Below, piece by piece: positions 31,680 through 40,582 of a DNA stretch of 64,000 nucleotides. Both the position numbers and the translations under genes were made by a program. The stretch spans positions 29,864 through 93,863 of the forward strand of contig JAQSXK010000001.1 in the NCBI GenBank assembly GCA_029256705.1, read 5' to 3'. Positions within the stretch are counted from its first letter, which is position 1. Every line of letters starts with the position of its first letter. This DNA is from Clostridia bacterium (GTDB taxonomy: Bacteria > Bacillota > Clostridia > TANB77 > CAG-465). The notes beneath the pieces are model-generated. The model saw only the letters and a list, made by a program, of their open reading frames with translations, was not told where the DNA came from and did not search any database.

Positions 31680-32597
31680 ATGATATCATTAAATTCTTTC
31701 ATATATCTACTAAAAAACACTCTGCCTACTGGTTTAGATGATATTTCAAAAGCAAAATATCTATATATAAGATTGGGGGAAATTATTTCTTTCGATCCTC
31801 TATATTCATTTGGATCAAGCAAGGATCGATATCGGATATATAATAATATACAATACAAATATGATGATTTAAACGAATTATTTGAAAGCAAATTATTAAT
31901 TTGTAAATCTATTTCATATATCTATAAATATATACTCAATGAATTTGAAATTAATTCATATGTACGTTATGATAATCCAGATGATAATCACGTGTTTAAT
32001 ATCATTATAACCCAGAATAACATTAAAATTTCTGCTGATGTACAACGTGATTTAGAATTTATACAAACTAAGTCAAAAACACGGTATTTTGATTTTATCA
32101 ATAGTACTTTATATGATCAAGTAGAAATTGATAAGAAAATTGGCTATTTGCAAAATGATAATGATTATTTTGATATTAAGTTGCTTGAGTTTAAAAATTT
32201 GCTTAAAGAAAATACCTCGCTGATTAGTAAAGTTGAATCAATATTTAATTTCTTATTTTGTAATAATAACATAAATAATTTAAAATTCTCAGAAAATATA
32301 AAATATTATAAATATGTATTAAAAGAAATTTTAGATTACAGAGAATTTAATAGATTATATTTCTCAATATGTTATGAGATCTGTAATAATAAGCAAAAGT
32401 ATATTCCTATAATATGTATACGTTCTAATCCCTCAACAATTTTTATTTACTCTAAAAAGAATCATAAGTATGATTTGATTTCTGAAATAGAGTTGTTAAA
32501 AAAGTTAAAAAGTAAATTACTCTTTATTCAAAGAGGTTCAATTTATATTATGAAAAAAGAAATAATATCTACAACAAACTTAAACAAAATCTTATAA
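31680..32597 (+). CDS. Transglutaminase-like / cysteine-protease-fold protein
   Basis: Putative Cys-His-Asp triad with typical spacing: LICKSISYIY..., NHVFNII, SADVQ; AGGAGGGG SD; no signal peptide. Confidence 0.6.
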   Translation: MISLNSFIYLLKNTLPTGLDDISKAKYLYIRLGEIISFDPLYSFGSSKDRYRIYNNIQYKYDDLNELFESKLLICKSISYIYKYILNEFEINSYVRYDNPDDNHVFNIIITQNNIKISADVQRDLEFIQTKSKTRYFDFINSTLYDQVEIDKKIGYLQNDNDYFDIKLLEFKNLLKENTSLISKVESIFNFLFCNNNINNLKFSENIKYYKYVLKEILDYREFNRLYFSICYEICNNKQKYIPIICIRSNPSTIFIYSKKNHKYDLISEIELLKKLKSKLLFIQRGSIYIMKKEIISTTNLNKIL

Positions 32598-32617
32598 TTA
32601 ATAACCCAGCTGTAAAT

Positions 32618-32661
32618 AAAAATAAATATTGAAATGTAATTACATTTCAATATTTATTTTT
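32618..32661. terminator. 44-bp perfect palindrome between convergent genes
   Basis: AAAAATAAATATTGAAATGTAA|TTACATTTCAATATTTATTTTT. Confidence 0.7.
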
Positions 32662-32782
32662 TATATCTTTTTTTACGTTATATGAAAGCTATCCTTACAA
32701 AACATACAACAAAAATATTATTCAATATAATATTGCTATAGTACTAGTTTTTAAACTTTATACTATAATATATTTAAATATT

Positions 32783-35700
32783 TTACAAGCCAGAATTTAC
32801 CACAATTACAGGAATAAATCCACATCCAGTATTTCCACCATAAGTATTATACATAGCAAATATTCCTGACGTTTTTGGTGTATTTTGATTCCAATATTCT
32901 CCACCACGTACACAGAAGCCATTACTATAGTCTGGTGTTACTAGGTAGTTATAAAACCATGCGTAAGCTCCTGAATATTCAGCTATCTCATACATTGCAT
33001 GACCTTTTGGAGATGTAGTGCTAAATAATGTTGTCGGTGTATATACATCTTTATATTGTGCTGGTGCATTAATTAAATTATTTCCCCAACCTAAAGATAC
33101 ATCATTTCTATATGCAGCTACAAAACTTCCTTTTATGGAAGACATATCATATATACCATATATATTTCCTGTTGTAGTTTGAGCAACATTTGAAATATAT
33201 CCTGTTCCTGTTCCACCACCAGTAATTGTTGTATTATTCTTAGTTATCTCAATAGTATTTTTTCCATAAGAAGATTTACTTAAATATGCGACAGCTCCCC
33301 ATTCTACATTTTTAATCAAATGAGTATCTAACCCTGATCCTGTAGTGCCCCATCCATATCTACTATTTGTTTCCATATTTCTACTTGCTGTATATGCACC
33401 ATTTATTCCACTATTATACATATCTAGCACTGTTATACCTGGTTTAAAATCTGGATTAGTTGTACTTCCACTAGCCATAAATTTTGCAACCCATATTCCA
33501 GTTAGTTCTGTAGTTCCGAAAGTGAAAGCTGGATGAGTAGTCCATGCATTATTTGACGTAGTTACTGCACTACCCGTATTTACTGTTCTATTAGAATTCC
33601 ATAAATCATTTATGCCTTGACTAAATTGTATATTTATTATTCCTGTAGTACTTGTTTGATGCCATCCTGAAGATATTTTATATACATACCTTGGTATCCA
33701 TACCCACATACTTCCGTCTGCTGTTTGCGCATTTGCCCATTCCTTATTTGTATAGTTATACCAATTAGTATTATTATCTGGATCTGTTACTGTATCCCAT
33801 GTGCTTGTTGAAGTGTTCCAAATTTTTGCTGTCATTCCTGGTGCAAGCATTGGTTTATTTGCAACACCTTCCTCAATATTGGTTATAGTAATAGTGCTTT
33901 GGCCACTATAATTTCCAGCTGCATTTCTTCCTCTAGCATAAATAGTAGTATTATTTACTGTAACTACTATAGGCGATGTATATGTAAGCCAAGTCGTTCC
34001 ATTTAAACTGTATTGTTTTGTTGTTACATCTGAAGAGTATGTAATCGTAACTGTTACATTTCCACTTGTAAGTCCTGTAGGAGAAGCTGACATAATAGGA
34101 TTTATTGGTGATATATTAGTTACTGTATATGTAGTTTCGGGAGACCAAAATCCATTTTGATCTAACGCTTTAGCATATATAATTGTAGTATTTTTATTTA
34201 CTATAAACGGACCCGTATAGTCTAACCAATTACCTAGTGTTCCACCTGGTTCTAGAATCCTATATTTTCTTTCTACTGAACCTTGTTCATATGCAATTGT
34301 AGCTGTAACTTCAGGTGCATTTGAAGTAGGATTTACTGTGACTTTAGGTTCTTCAGGCGCTACAACTATTATTGGTCTAATAATCCCATTTTCGTTACTG
34401 TATGTATTTTCTAAACTAAATATACCAGCTTTATATGTACTATAATAATATCCTCCTCTCATGAAGAATGGTGAATATGAATACGGCTTATCTATAAAGT
34501 TACCAAACCATTCTAGATTTCCACTATAATTACTTGAAGTTTCATAAAAAGCATCACCTTTTTTAGATGTTGCACTATATATATCTGTAATAGAATACAT
34601 ATCTCTATATTTAGCATTGGCATTTATCATAGTCGGTGCATAAGCTAAATATCCGTTAGAATTATCATTTAAATATGCAGCTATAAAAGTATATTTCATT
34701 GCTGACATATCGTATACTCCATGTACATTTCCTGTAGTACTTTGTGCTCCATTAGATATATATGAAATCCCTGTTCCACCACCTGCATAATATGAAGTAC
34801 TAGGATTTATAGATATTTCAACTGTATTTTTTCCATATGAAGATTTACTTAAATATGCAACTGCTCCCCATTCCGTATTTTTTATCATATGGGTGTCTAC
34901 CCTTTCACCGCTAGTTCCCCAACCATATCTGCTGTTTACTTCCATATTTCTAACTGCTGTAAATGTTCCATCTAAACGCCCTATATTATATGCATCTAAC
35001 ATTGTACCACCAGGCTTCGAATCAATTGCTGAGCTCGTTCCACTAGCTGCAAATTTTGCAACCCATATTCCAGTTAATTCTTGTGTTCCAAATGTAAATG
35101 CCGGATGATTCGTCCAAATATTATTTGATGCTGTTGCTAAATTCGAAGTATTTATTGCACCTATTACTGGACTATTCCAATTATCATCTATACCTTTACT
35201 AAATTGTATATTTATAACTCCTGTATTTGTTGTTTGATGCCATCCTGAAGATATTTTATATACATATCTAGGTATCCATACCCACATACTACCATCGGCT
35301 GTTTGTGCATTTGCCCATTCTTTCCCAGCATAATTATACCATGTTGTATCAGTATCTGGATTAGTTACCGTATCCCAAGTATTACTAGAACTATTCCATA
35401 TTTTTGCTGTCATACCTGGTGCAAGTAATGGTTTATTTACTACTACTTGAATTGCAAGTACAAAGGCATTAGTTTTACTTACTACAGTATTTCCCGCATT
35501 ATCTGTTCCCTTTACCCATAAATAATAAGTTCCTTCAACACCTGTTTTTGTTATTAATGAAGAATTAGTAAATGCTACCCATCCTGAAGTTGGTGTAGTC
35601 ATATTTTGTACATCCCAAACATACTGTAATGTTGATGCATCTACTCCACTACCGTCAGTATCTGTTACTGTAACTGTTGTACTAGCAGTTTCTACATTAT

Positions 35701-38700
35701 TTGCTCCATTAGTACTAAATCCAACCACAGGATTTACTTTATCTATATTTGAAACGGTAAGGGTACTTTGACCACTTTGATTCCCAGCTTCATCTTTTGC
35801 TTTGGCATATACAGTTGTATTATTATTTGTAATTACTATTGGGTTTACGTAAGTTTGCCAAGAAGTACCATTAGTACTATACTCCTTAATCACAGAACTT
35901 TCACTATATACTATTGTAACAGTCACGCTTCCTTTAGTCCATGATGTAGGTGCTGCTGAAAGAATAGGATTCTCTGGAGGCAACACGTCTATATTCTCAA
36001 CATTTAAAGTATATACCTGTTTATTTCCTACCTGATCTTCCGCATAGAAAGTATAGTATCCATTTTCTGTTATGTTAACATTACTATTATTTGCTATTAC
36101 AACTCCATTTGAAGTAAAATAACTTTCACCTTGAGTGCCAGGTGCCCATTTTACTATACCCACAGCCACATCATCTGTTACATCTACTTTCACAGCTACA
36201 CTTTGTTTTACAGATGTAAGATCTGCTGTTAGTTTTATTACTGGTGCAACCTCATCAATATTAGTTACTTTAAGCATTGCCTCTTGAGACCAAACTTCAC
36301 TATTATCCATAGCTTTTGCATATATTATAGTATTATTTCTGTCTATTGTTATAGGTCCATTATAATTTAACCAATCTCCAAGTGTTCCGCCAGGTTGTAA
36401 TATTCTATATTGTTTTTTTACCATTTCTGTATCATAAACAATCGTTGCAGTAACTTGCTTTGTCGGTTCTATAGGATTTATTACTATTTGTGGAGCTAAT
36501 GGTGCTACTCTATCCCATCTCATAGATATATTAGCAAATAACTGACTTATAGGTACATCTATTAAATAATAATCACCTTCAAACGTCAATAATTTTCCAT
36601 TTTCATCCTCTATTTTAATTAATGTACCATTTTTTATAACTGAATCTTTAAATTCTGGTTTTATTAATAATATCCCAGCTTCTTTATACGATTTCCAATC
36701 TCCATTTTCCTTCCACTTATATTCTCTACCATTTGAGCCTTCTGGATAACTTAGTTTTAATAAATAGTAATTTCCTTTATCCAGTGCAAGAACTGGTGGT
36801 GGTGGTATTATATTTTCTACTGTATAACTTGAACTAGATTTTTCACCAGAACTGTTTTCACTATATGCATACACAGTTGTACCATTTGTAGTTATATCAA
36901 ATGGTACTGTATAGTCAGTTAGCGCTGAACCATTTATACTATATTTTTTTATAGTTGCATACTTATCATACGTTATGTTTATTCCAACTTTACTTGCTTG
37001 TATACTATTACTTGGACTTGGAACTATTACGGGATTAGATATTCCAATTAGTAAATTATCTATTACTTTAGAGGTTTCCCCTTTTCCATTTTTAGATTTT
37101 GCATATGCATATATAGTACAACTACTTGTGATATCAAATGGTACTGTATACGTTTTTAAATCTCCATATTTTCCAATTGAATAATATTTTTCTGTTGCTT
37201 TGCTATCATATTCAATACTTACTTTTGCACTCGCAACCTTTGACGTAGATAATGAAGGTTCAGGATCTACATTTATATTTACAGCTAAAATCTCAATAGC
37301 ATCTGGTACTTTTATTGCGCCAATATTTGTTATATCCAAATACGCTTCTGATACACCATACGCATTTGTTGCTCTAGCATATATTCTTTTATTTTCCTTT
37401 ACTACGAAAGGAGTCGTATATGGATTATATACTATTCCATCATTACTATATTCTACTTTATCTGCATAACTAGATGCTATATTTACTACAACTTCACTTG
37501 ATTTAGCTGCTCCACTCCATGGATATGGATTTGCATTTATATAGACATATGGCTTCTTATTTGCTGTTCCGTCATCATTTTTCAAAATATTGGTTATTCT
37601 TGAATGAGCTTCAAGTGACTTTTCCCCTGCAGAATTTCTATAGTATGCATATAATTCAACATTATCCCTTACTACTATTGGAGCTGTATATTCATGATAT
37701 GTTCCATATCTTCCTATTTTCAGGTATGTAACAGTTGCTCCAGCTGGAGAAGTTACACTAACTGATACCTCTGATACCAAACCACTATTTGGGTTTATAT
37801 TAATAACAGGAGCTGGAACTATTTCTGAAGGCTCTATTGGAACCGGCTCTAAAACTCCTGGCTCTGTTGGAATCTCGTTTACCCTAATCCATGCTATCTG
37901 AGATTTATTACCATCTACATCATAATAATATGCCATTATATATGTTCCCCAAGTTGTTACACTTATCTCATTTACATAATTTTGTTCTACTCCATAATTT
38001 TGTGTAAATATTTTTCTATCTGCATTTGATGGATATGTTATTTGAATTCTTGCCTTTTCACTTCCATTTGAAGCATCAAGTCTAGTTATAATTGGTGGTG
38101 GAAGTTTTATTTTTGTATCAGGCTCATATGGCAACGGAACTTCTGGCACATACGGTGGAAGTGCCTCATAAGGTTTAGGATCTTCTGCGGCTTTTACCGT
38201 AGTATCGTTTATATATATCGATGTAGACAATGATTTTTTACCACTTACATCATAATAGTAGGCTATAATATGTGTTCCATAACTTTTTATACTTACTTCA
38301 CTTGTATAGTTTTGTTCTACTCCATAATTTATCTTAAATATTTTTCTAACTGCATTTTCTGGATATGTTATTTGCAGCCTTGCTTTTTCATCACCAGCAG
38401 CAGGCGGAAGTCTTTTTATAACCGGAGCAGCAAGGTTAGTTTCTTCAACACCTATATTCCCTATATATACTAGATCTTTTCCAACTATATCTCTTGACAC
38501 AAGTAAAGTTCCATCTGTATTATATATTTTTTCTGTCTTTTTTGCTCTTGCTTGTATAAGACAATTTTCTGTAACAGCAAATCCTCCAATATATGGCATC
38601 CAATCGCTATTTCCCACTTTGTATTCTTTTGTTGTAGCATCACTATCATAATTTATATTTACATTTACTTCAGAGACTTTTGTTGTTCCAGTTTTGTCTG

Positions 38701-39397
38701 GAACTATATCTACTAAAAGTGTTCCTGCTGGTGGCACTATAACATCTTCATTATTAATTTTATACTTTATCCATACATCTTTTACTCTATCTAACGGTAT
38801 TGATATAGGACCCGTATACTCTTGCCACATAAGCATAGGATCTACTCTAATTTCACCTTCATTTCCAAGTCTCCACATTTTAGCAGTTGAATTTGTTGGA
38901 TAGTATAAAGTTAGATTTATCCAGCCGTTCCATAATTCTTGTGTGTCTGGAACAACAGCTATTTCAGTAACTCCACCATCTAATGTATGCCATCTTTTGG
39001 TTTCAAAGAAATCTCCTACATAATCATATATTTGATTTGTTGCTACATCTATAACATAACCTTTATCTTTCTTATTACTTGCCAAACCTTTTACTCCGGC
39101 ATCAGCTTCATTTATCCAGTACAAATCAATATCATTTATTGTTTTACCAGGATTTAATTCTTCTATTTTTGTCTTAAGTGTTGGAACATTATTTGCTATA
39201 TCTTGTTTATCACTTAAACTTAGTTTACCTTCTAATGGAAGCTTAAAACTGTTTGAACCAGATATATCTATATTACTAACTGAATACAGATTTACCCCTT
39301 CTTCAACATTTTTAAAATCACTCATGAATCTTGCCTTTTTAGAACTATCCATGATACCATACCCATTTATTTGTTTGCTAATAAACTTTATTAACAA
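32783..39397 (-). CDS. Giant pilin-related adhesin B lacking the pilin leader; Ig/Fn3-like repeats and two C-type-lectin/FGE-sulfatase-like domains (ATG equivalent to A is at 39352)
   Basis: First ~1130 aa paralogous to adhesin A; two copies of MWVWIPRY...HPAF...IWVAKF...EWGAVAYL...TTGN..G.YDMS...RGG. Confidence 0.8.
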   Translation of the reverse strand: MLIKFISKQINGYGIMDSSKKARFMSDFKNVEEGVNLYSVSNIDISGSNSFKLPLEGKLSLSDKQDIANNVPTLKTKIEELNPGKTINDIDLYWINEADAGVKGLASNKKDKGYVIDVATNQIYDYVGDFFETKRWHTLDGGVTEIAVVPDTQELWNGWINLTLYYPTNSTAKMWRLGNEGEIRVDPMLMWQEYTGPISIPLDRVKDVWIKYKINNEDVIVPPAGTLLVDIVPDKTGTTKVSEVNVNINYDSDATTKEYKVGNSDWMPYIGGFAVTENCLIQARAKKTEKIYNTDGTLLVSRDIVGKDLVYIGNIGVEETNLAAPVIKRLPPAAGDEKARLQITYPENAVRKIFKINYGVEQNYTSEVSIKSYGTHIIAYYYDVSGKKSLSTSIYINDTTVKAAEDPKPYEALPPYVPEVPLPYEPDTKIKLPPPIITRLDASNGSEKARIQITYPSNADRKIFTQNYGVEQNYVNEISVTTWGTYIMAYYYDVDGNKSQIAWIRVNEIPTEPGVLEPVPIEPSEIVPAPVININPNSGLVSEVSVSVTSPAGATVTYLKIGRYGTYHEYTAPIVVRDNVELYAYYRNSAGEKSLEAHSRITNILKNDDGTANKKPYVYINANPYPWSGAAKSSEVVVNIASSYADKVEYSNDGIVYNPYTTPFVVKENKRIYARATNAYGVSEAYLDITNIGAIKVPDAIEILAVNINVDPEPSLSTSKVASAKVSIEYDSKATEKYYSIGKYGDLKTYTVPFDITSSCTIYAYAKSKNGKGETSKVIDNLLIGISNPVIVPSPSNSIQASKVGINITYDKYATIKKYSINGSALTDYTVPFDITTNGTTVYAYSENSSGEKSSSSYTVENIIPPPPVLALDKGNYYLLKLSYPEGSNGREYKWKENGDWKSYKEAGILLIKPEFKDSVIKNGTLIKIEDENGKLLTFEGDYYLIDVPISQLFANISMRWDRVAPLAPQIVINPIEPTKQVTATIVYDTEMVKKQYRILQPGGTLGDWLNYNGPITIDRNNTIIYAKAMDNSEVWSQEAMLKVTNIDEVAPVIKLTADLTSVKQSVAVKVDVTDDVAVGIVKWAPGTQGESYFTSNGVVIANNSNVNITENGYYTFYAEDQVGNKQVYTLNVENIDVLPPENPILSAAPTSWTKGSVTVTIVYSESSVIKEYSTNGTSWQTYVNPIVITNNNTTVYAKAKDEAGNQSGQSTLTVSNIDKVNPVVGFSTNGANNVETASTTVTVTDTDGSGVDASTLQYVWDVQNMTTPTSGWVAFTNSSLITKTGVEGTYYLWVKGTDNAGNTVVSKTNAFVLAIQVVVNKPLLAPGMTAKIWNSSSNTWDTVTNPDTDTTWYNYAGKEWANAQTADGSMWVWIPRYVYKISSGWHQTTNTGVINIQFSKGIDDNWNSPVIGAINTSNLATASNNIWTNHPAFTFGTQELTGIWVAKFAASGTSSAIDSKPGGTMLDAYNIGRLDGTFTAVRNMEVNSRYGWGTSGERVDTHMIKNTEWGAVAYLSKSSYGKNTVEISINPSTSYYAGGGTGISYISNGAQSTTGNVHGVYDMSAMKYTFIAAYLNDNSNGYLAYAPTMINANAKYRDMYSITDIYSATSKKGDAFYETSSNYSGNLEWFGNFIDKPYSYSPFFMRGGYYYSTYKAGIFSLENTYSNENGIIRPIIVVAPEEPKVTVNPTSNAPEVTATIAYEQGSVERKYRILEPGGTLGNWLDYTGPFIVNKNTTIIYAKALDQNGFWSPETTYTVTNISPINPIMSASPTGLTSGNVTVTITYSSDVTTKQYSLNGTTWLTYTSPIVVTVNNTTIYARGRNAAGNYSGQSTITITNIEEGVANKPMLAPGMTAKIWNTSTSTWDTVTDPDNNTNWYNYTNKEWANAQTADGSMWVWIPRYVYKISSGWHQTSTTGIINIQFSQGINDLWNSNRTVNTGSAVTTSNNAWTTHPAFTFGTTELTGIWVAKFMASGSTTNPDFKPGITVLDMYNSGINGAYTASRNMETNSRYGWGTTGSGLDTHLIKNVEWGAVAYLSKSSYGKNTIEITKNNTTITGGGTGTGYISNVAQTTTGNIYGIYDMSSIKGSFVAAYRNDVSLGWGNNLINAPAQYKDVYTPTTLFSTTSPKGHAMYEIAEYSGAYAWFYNYLVTPDYSNGFCVRGGEYWNQNTPKTSGIFAMYNTYGGNTGCGFIPVIVVNSGL
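39260..39361. repeat. 102-bp identical direct repeat, copy 2 (5' end of adhesin B)
   Basis: Identical to 31245-31346. Confidence 0.95.
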
Positions 39398-39408
39398 ATT
39401 TTTACATA

Positions 39409-39528
39409 AATAAAATTGCTAATTAAATACGTTATATTAGCAATTTTATTATACTTTATATATTTTTTTTTGTCAATAATTTTTATACTTATTACATGTT
39501 AAATTATTATTTGTAATATATTTGTAAT
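39409..39528 (-). promoter_or_regulatory. Regulatory module of adhesin B, same layout as for adhesin A
   Basis: TTGACA (39471-76)-17-TATAAT (39448-53); same 15-bp inverted arms with a different 12-nt spacer (39409-50); TGTAAT-ATATT-TGTAAT at 39512-28. Confidence 0.8.
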
Positions 39529-39587
39529 TTAAAAATATACAAAGAAAAAACAACTATCTATATAATAGTTGTCTTAAAAATATTTTA

Positions 39588-39998
39588 TTATCCTCTTTTA
39601 TGTAAATCTTTTAAAAATATGCTAAGAGTTGGTAATTCATTTGAAATTATATCATACATATATTTACTAGTAACTTCATCATAATTAAAAATTAATTTGT
39701 TTCTAATATTCAACATACTATAATACTTGTCCAAATTTTTAGAATCTAATTTACCATTTTTACATAGTATTTCAAAAATTTCATTATAATTTGAACCATT
39801 TTGAAGTTTAAACTTCTGAATAGTATGGGCGGACAAAAATATGGCAGTTTGAATCGCTCCATACATATATGTTTGCGATGCGGCAGCATTCTTAGAATTT
39901 TCACAAAAACTTTTCTCATCCAGCTTTAGAAAATTTGATAATTCAATAACACATTTCTTAAAGAACTTAACTTTATCTGTTACCACTTTATTATCCAT
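39588..39998 (-). CDS. DUF86/HepT-like HEPN protein, catalytic His apparently lost
   Basis: AIQ..I....H, NY.EIFEIL...G.L, M..IRNKLIFNY (canonical RN.LVH.Y); AAAGGAG SD. Confidence 0.75.
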   Translation of the reverse strand: MDNKVVTDKVKFFKKCVIELSNFLKLDEKSFCENSKNAAASQTYMYGAIQTAIFLSAHTIQKFKLQNGSNYNEIFEILCKNGKLDSKNLDKYYSMLNIRNKLIFNYDEVTSKYMYDIISNELPTLSIFLKDLHKRG

Positions 39999-40022
39999 AT
40001 TTTTTACTCCTTTAAAATATAT

Positions 40023-40559
40023 TTATTTTTTACTTTTCTTATATTTTTTATTATTCTTACTATCCTTTGTATTATCTTCCTTCTCTCCTACGTATGTATT
40101 GTATGCAATATCCACAAAAACTCTTCCATCCAGATGATCAATTTCATGTTGTAACACAATAGACTCTACATCTTTTGCATGAATTATTATTTTGCTTCCA
40201 TTTAAATCTTTTGCTTCTACTGTTATTTTTTCATGTCTATCTACATATCCAAATAAATCAGGAAAACTTAAGCATCCTTCTTCAGTAGTTACCATTTGTT
40301 TAGATGATTTAGTAATTACAGGGTTAATAAGAACCTTCGGATTCTTAACTCCATCATCTTTTACATATTCTGAGTCATAAACGACTATTCTTTTCAAAAT
40401 TCCAACTTGACATGCAGCAATTCCTATACCATCATATTTATACATAGTTTCTATCATGTCATTTGCAATTTCTTTTATTTTGTCATCAATTACTTCTACT
40501 TCTCTAGATTTTTTATATAGTAATTCATCTTTTAGTTTACGTATTTCTCTAACTGCCAT
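40023..40559 (-). CDS. def: Peptide deformylase
   Basis: GIGIAACQVG, EGCLS, QHEIDHLDG. Confidence 0.96.
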   Translation of the reverse strand: MAVREIRKLKDELLYKKSREVEVIDDKIKEIANDMIETMYKYDGIGIAACQVGILKRIVVYDSEYVKDDGVKNPKVLINPVITKSSKQMVTTEEGCLSFPDLFGYVDRHEKITVEAKDLNGSKIIIHAKDVESIVLQHEIDHLDGRVFVDIAYNTYVGEKEDNTKDSKNNKKYKKSKK

Positions 40560-40582
40560 AACATATTTCCTTTCTATTTTTT

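Noticed and set aside
32783-35445. A complete DGR (VR/TR pair) inside adhesin B
   Set aside because: The two lectin-like copies differ by indels and at all base types, not only adenines; no reverse transcriptase or Avd gene is in the window.
25950-39397. Shufflon or invertible cassette
   Set aside because: Both adhesin genes and their repeats are in direct orientation and no site-specific recombinase gene is present in the window.
39353-39397. N-terminal extension MLIKFISKQINGYGI of adhesin B as a signal peptide
   Set aside because: TTG start without SD, no hydrophobic core, and the homologous DNA in adhesin A is interrupted by an insertion and an in-frame stop.
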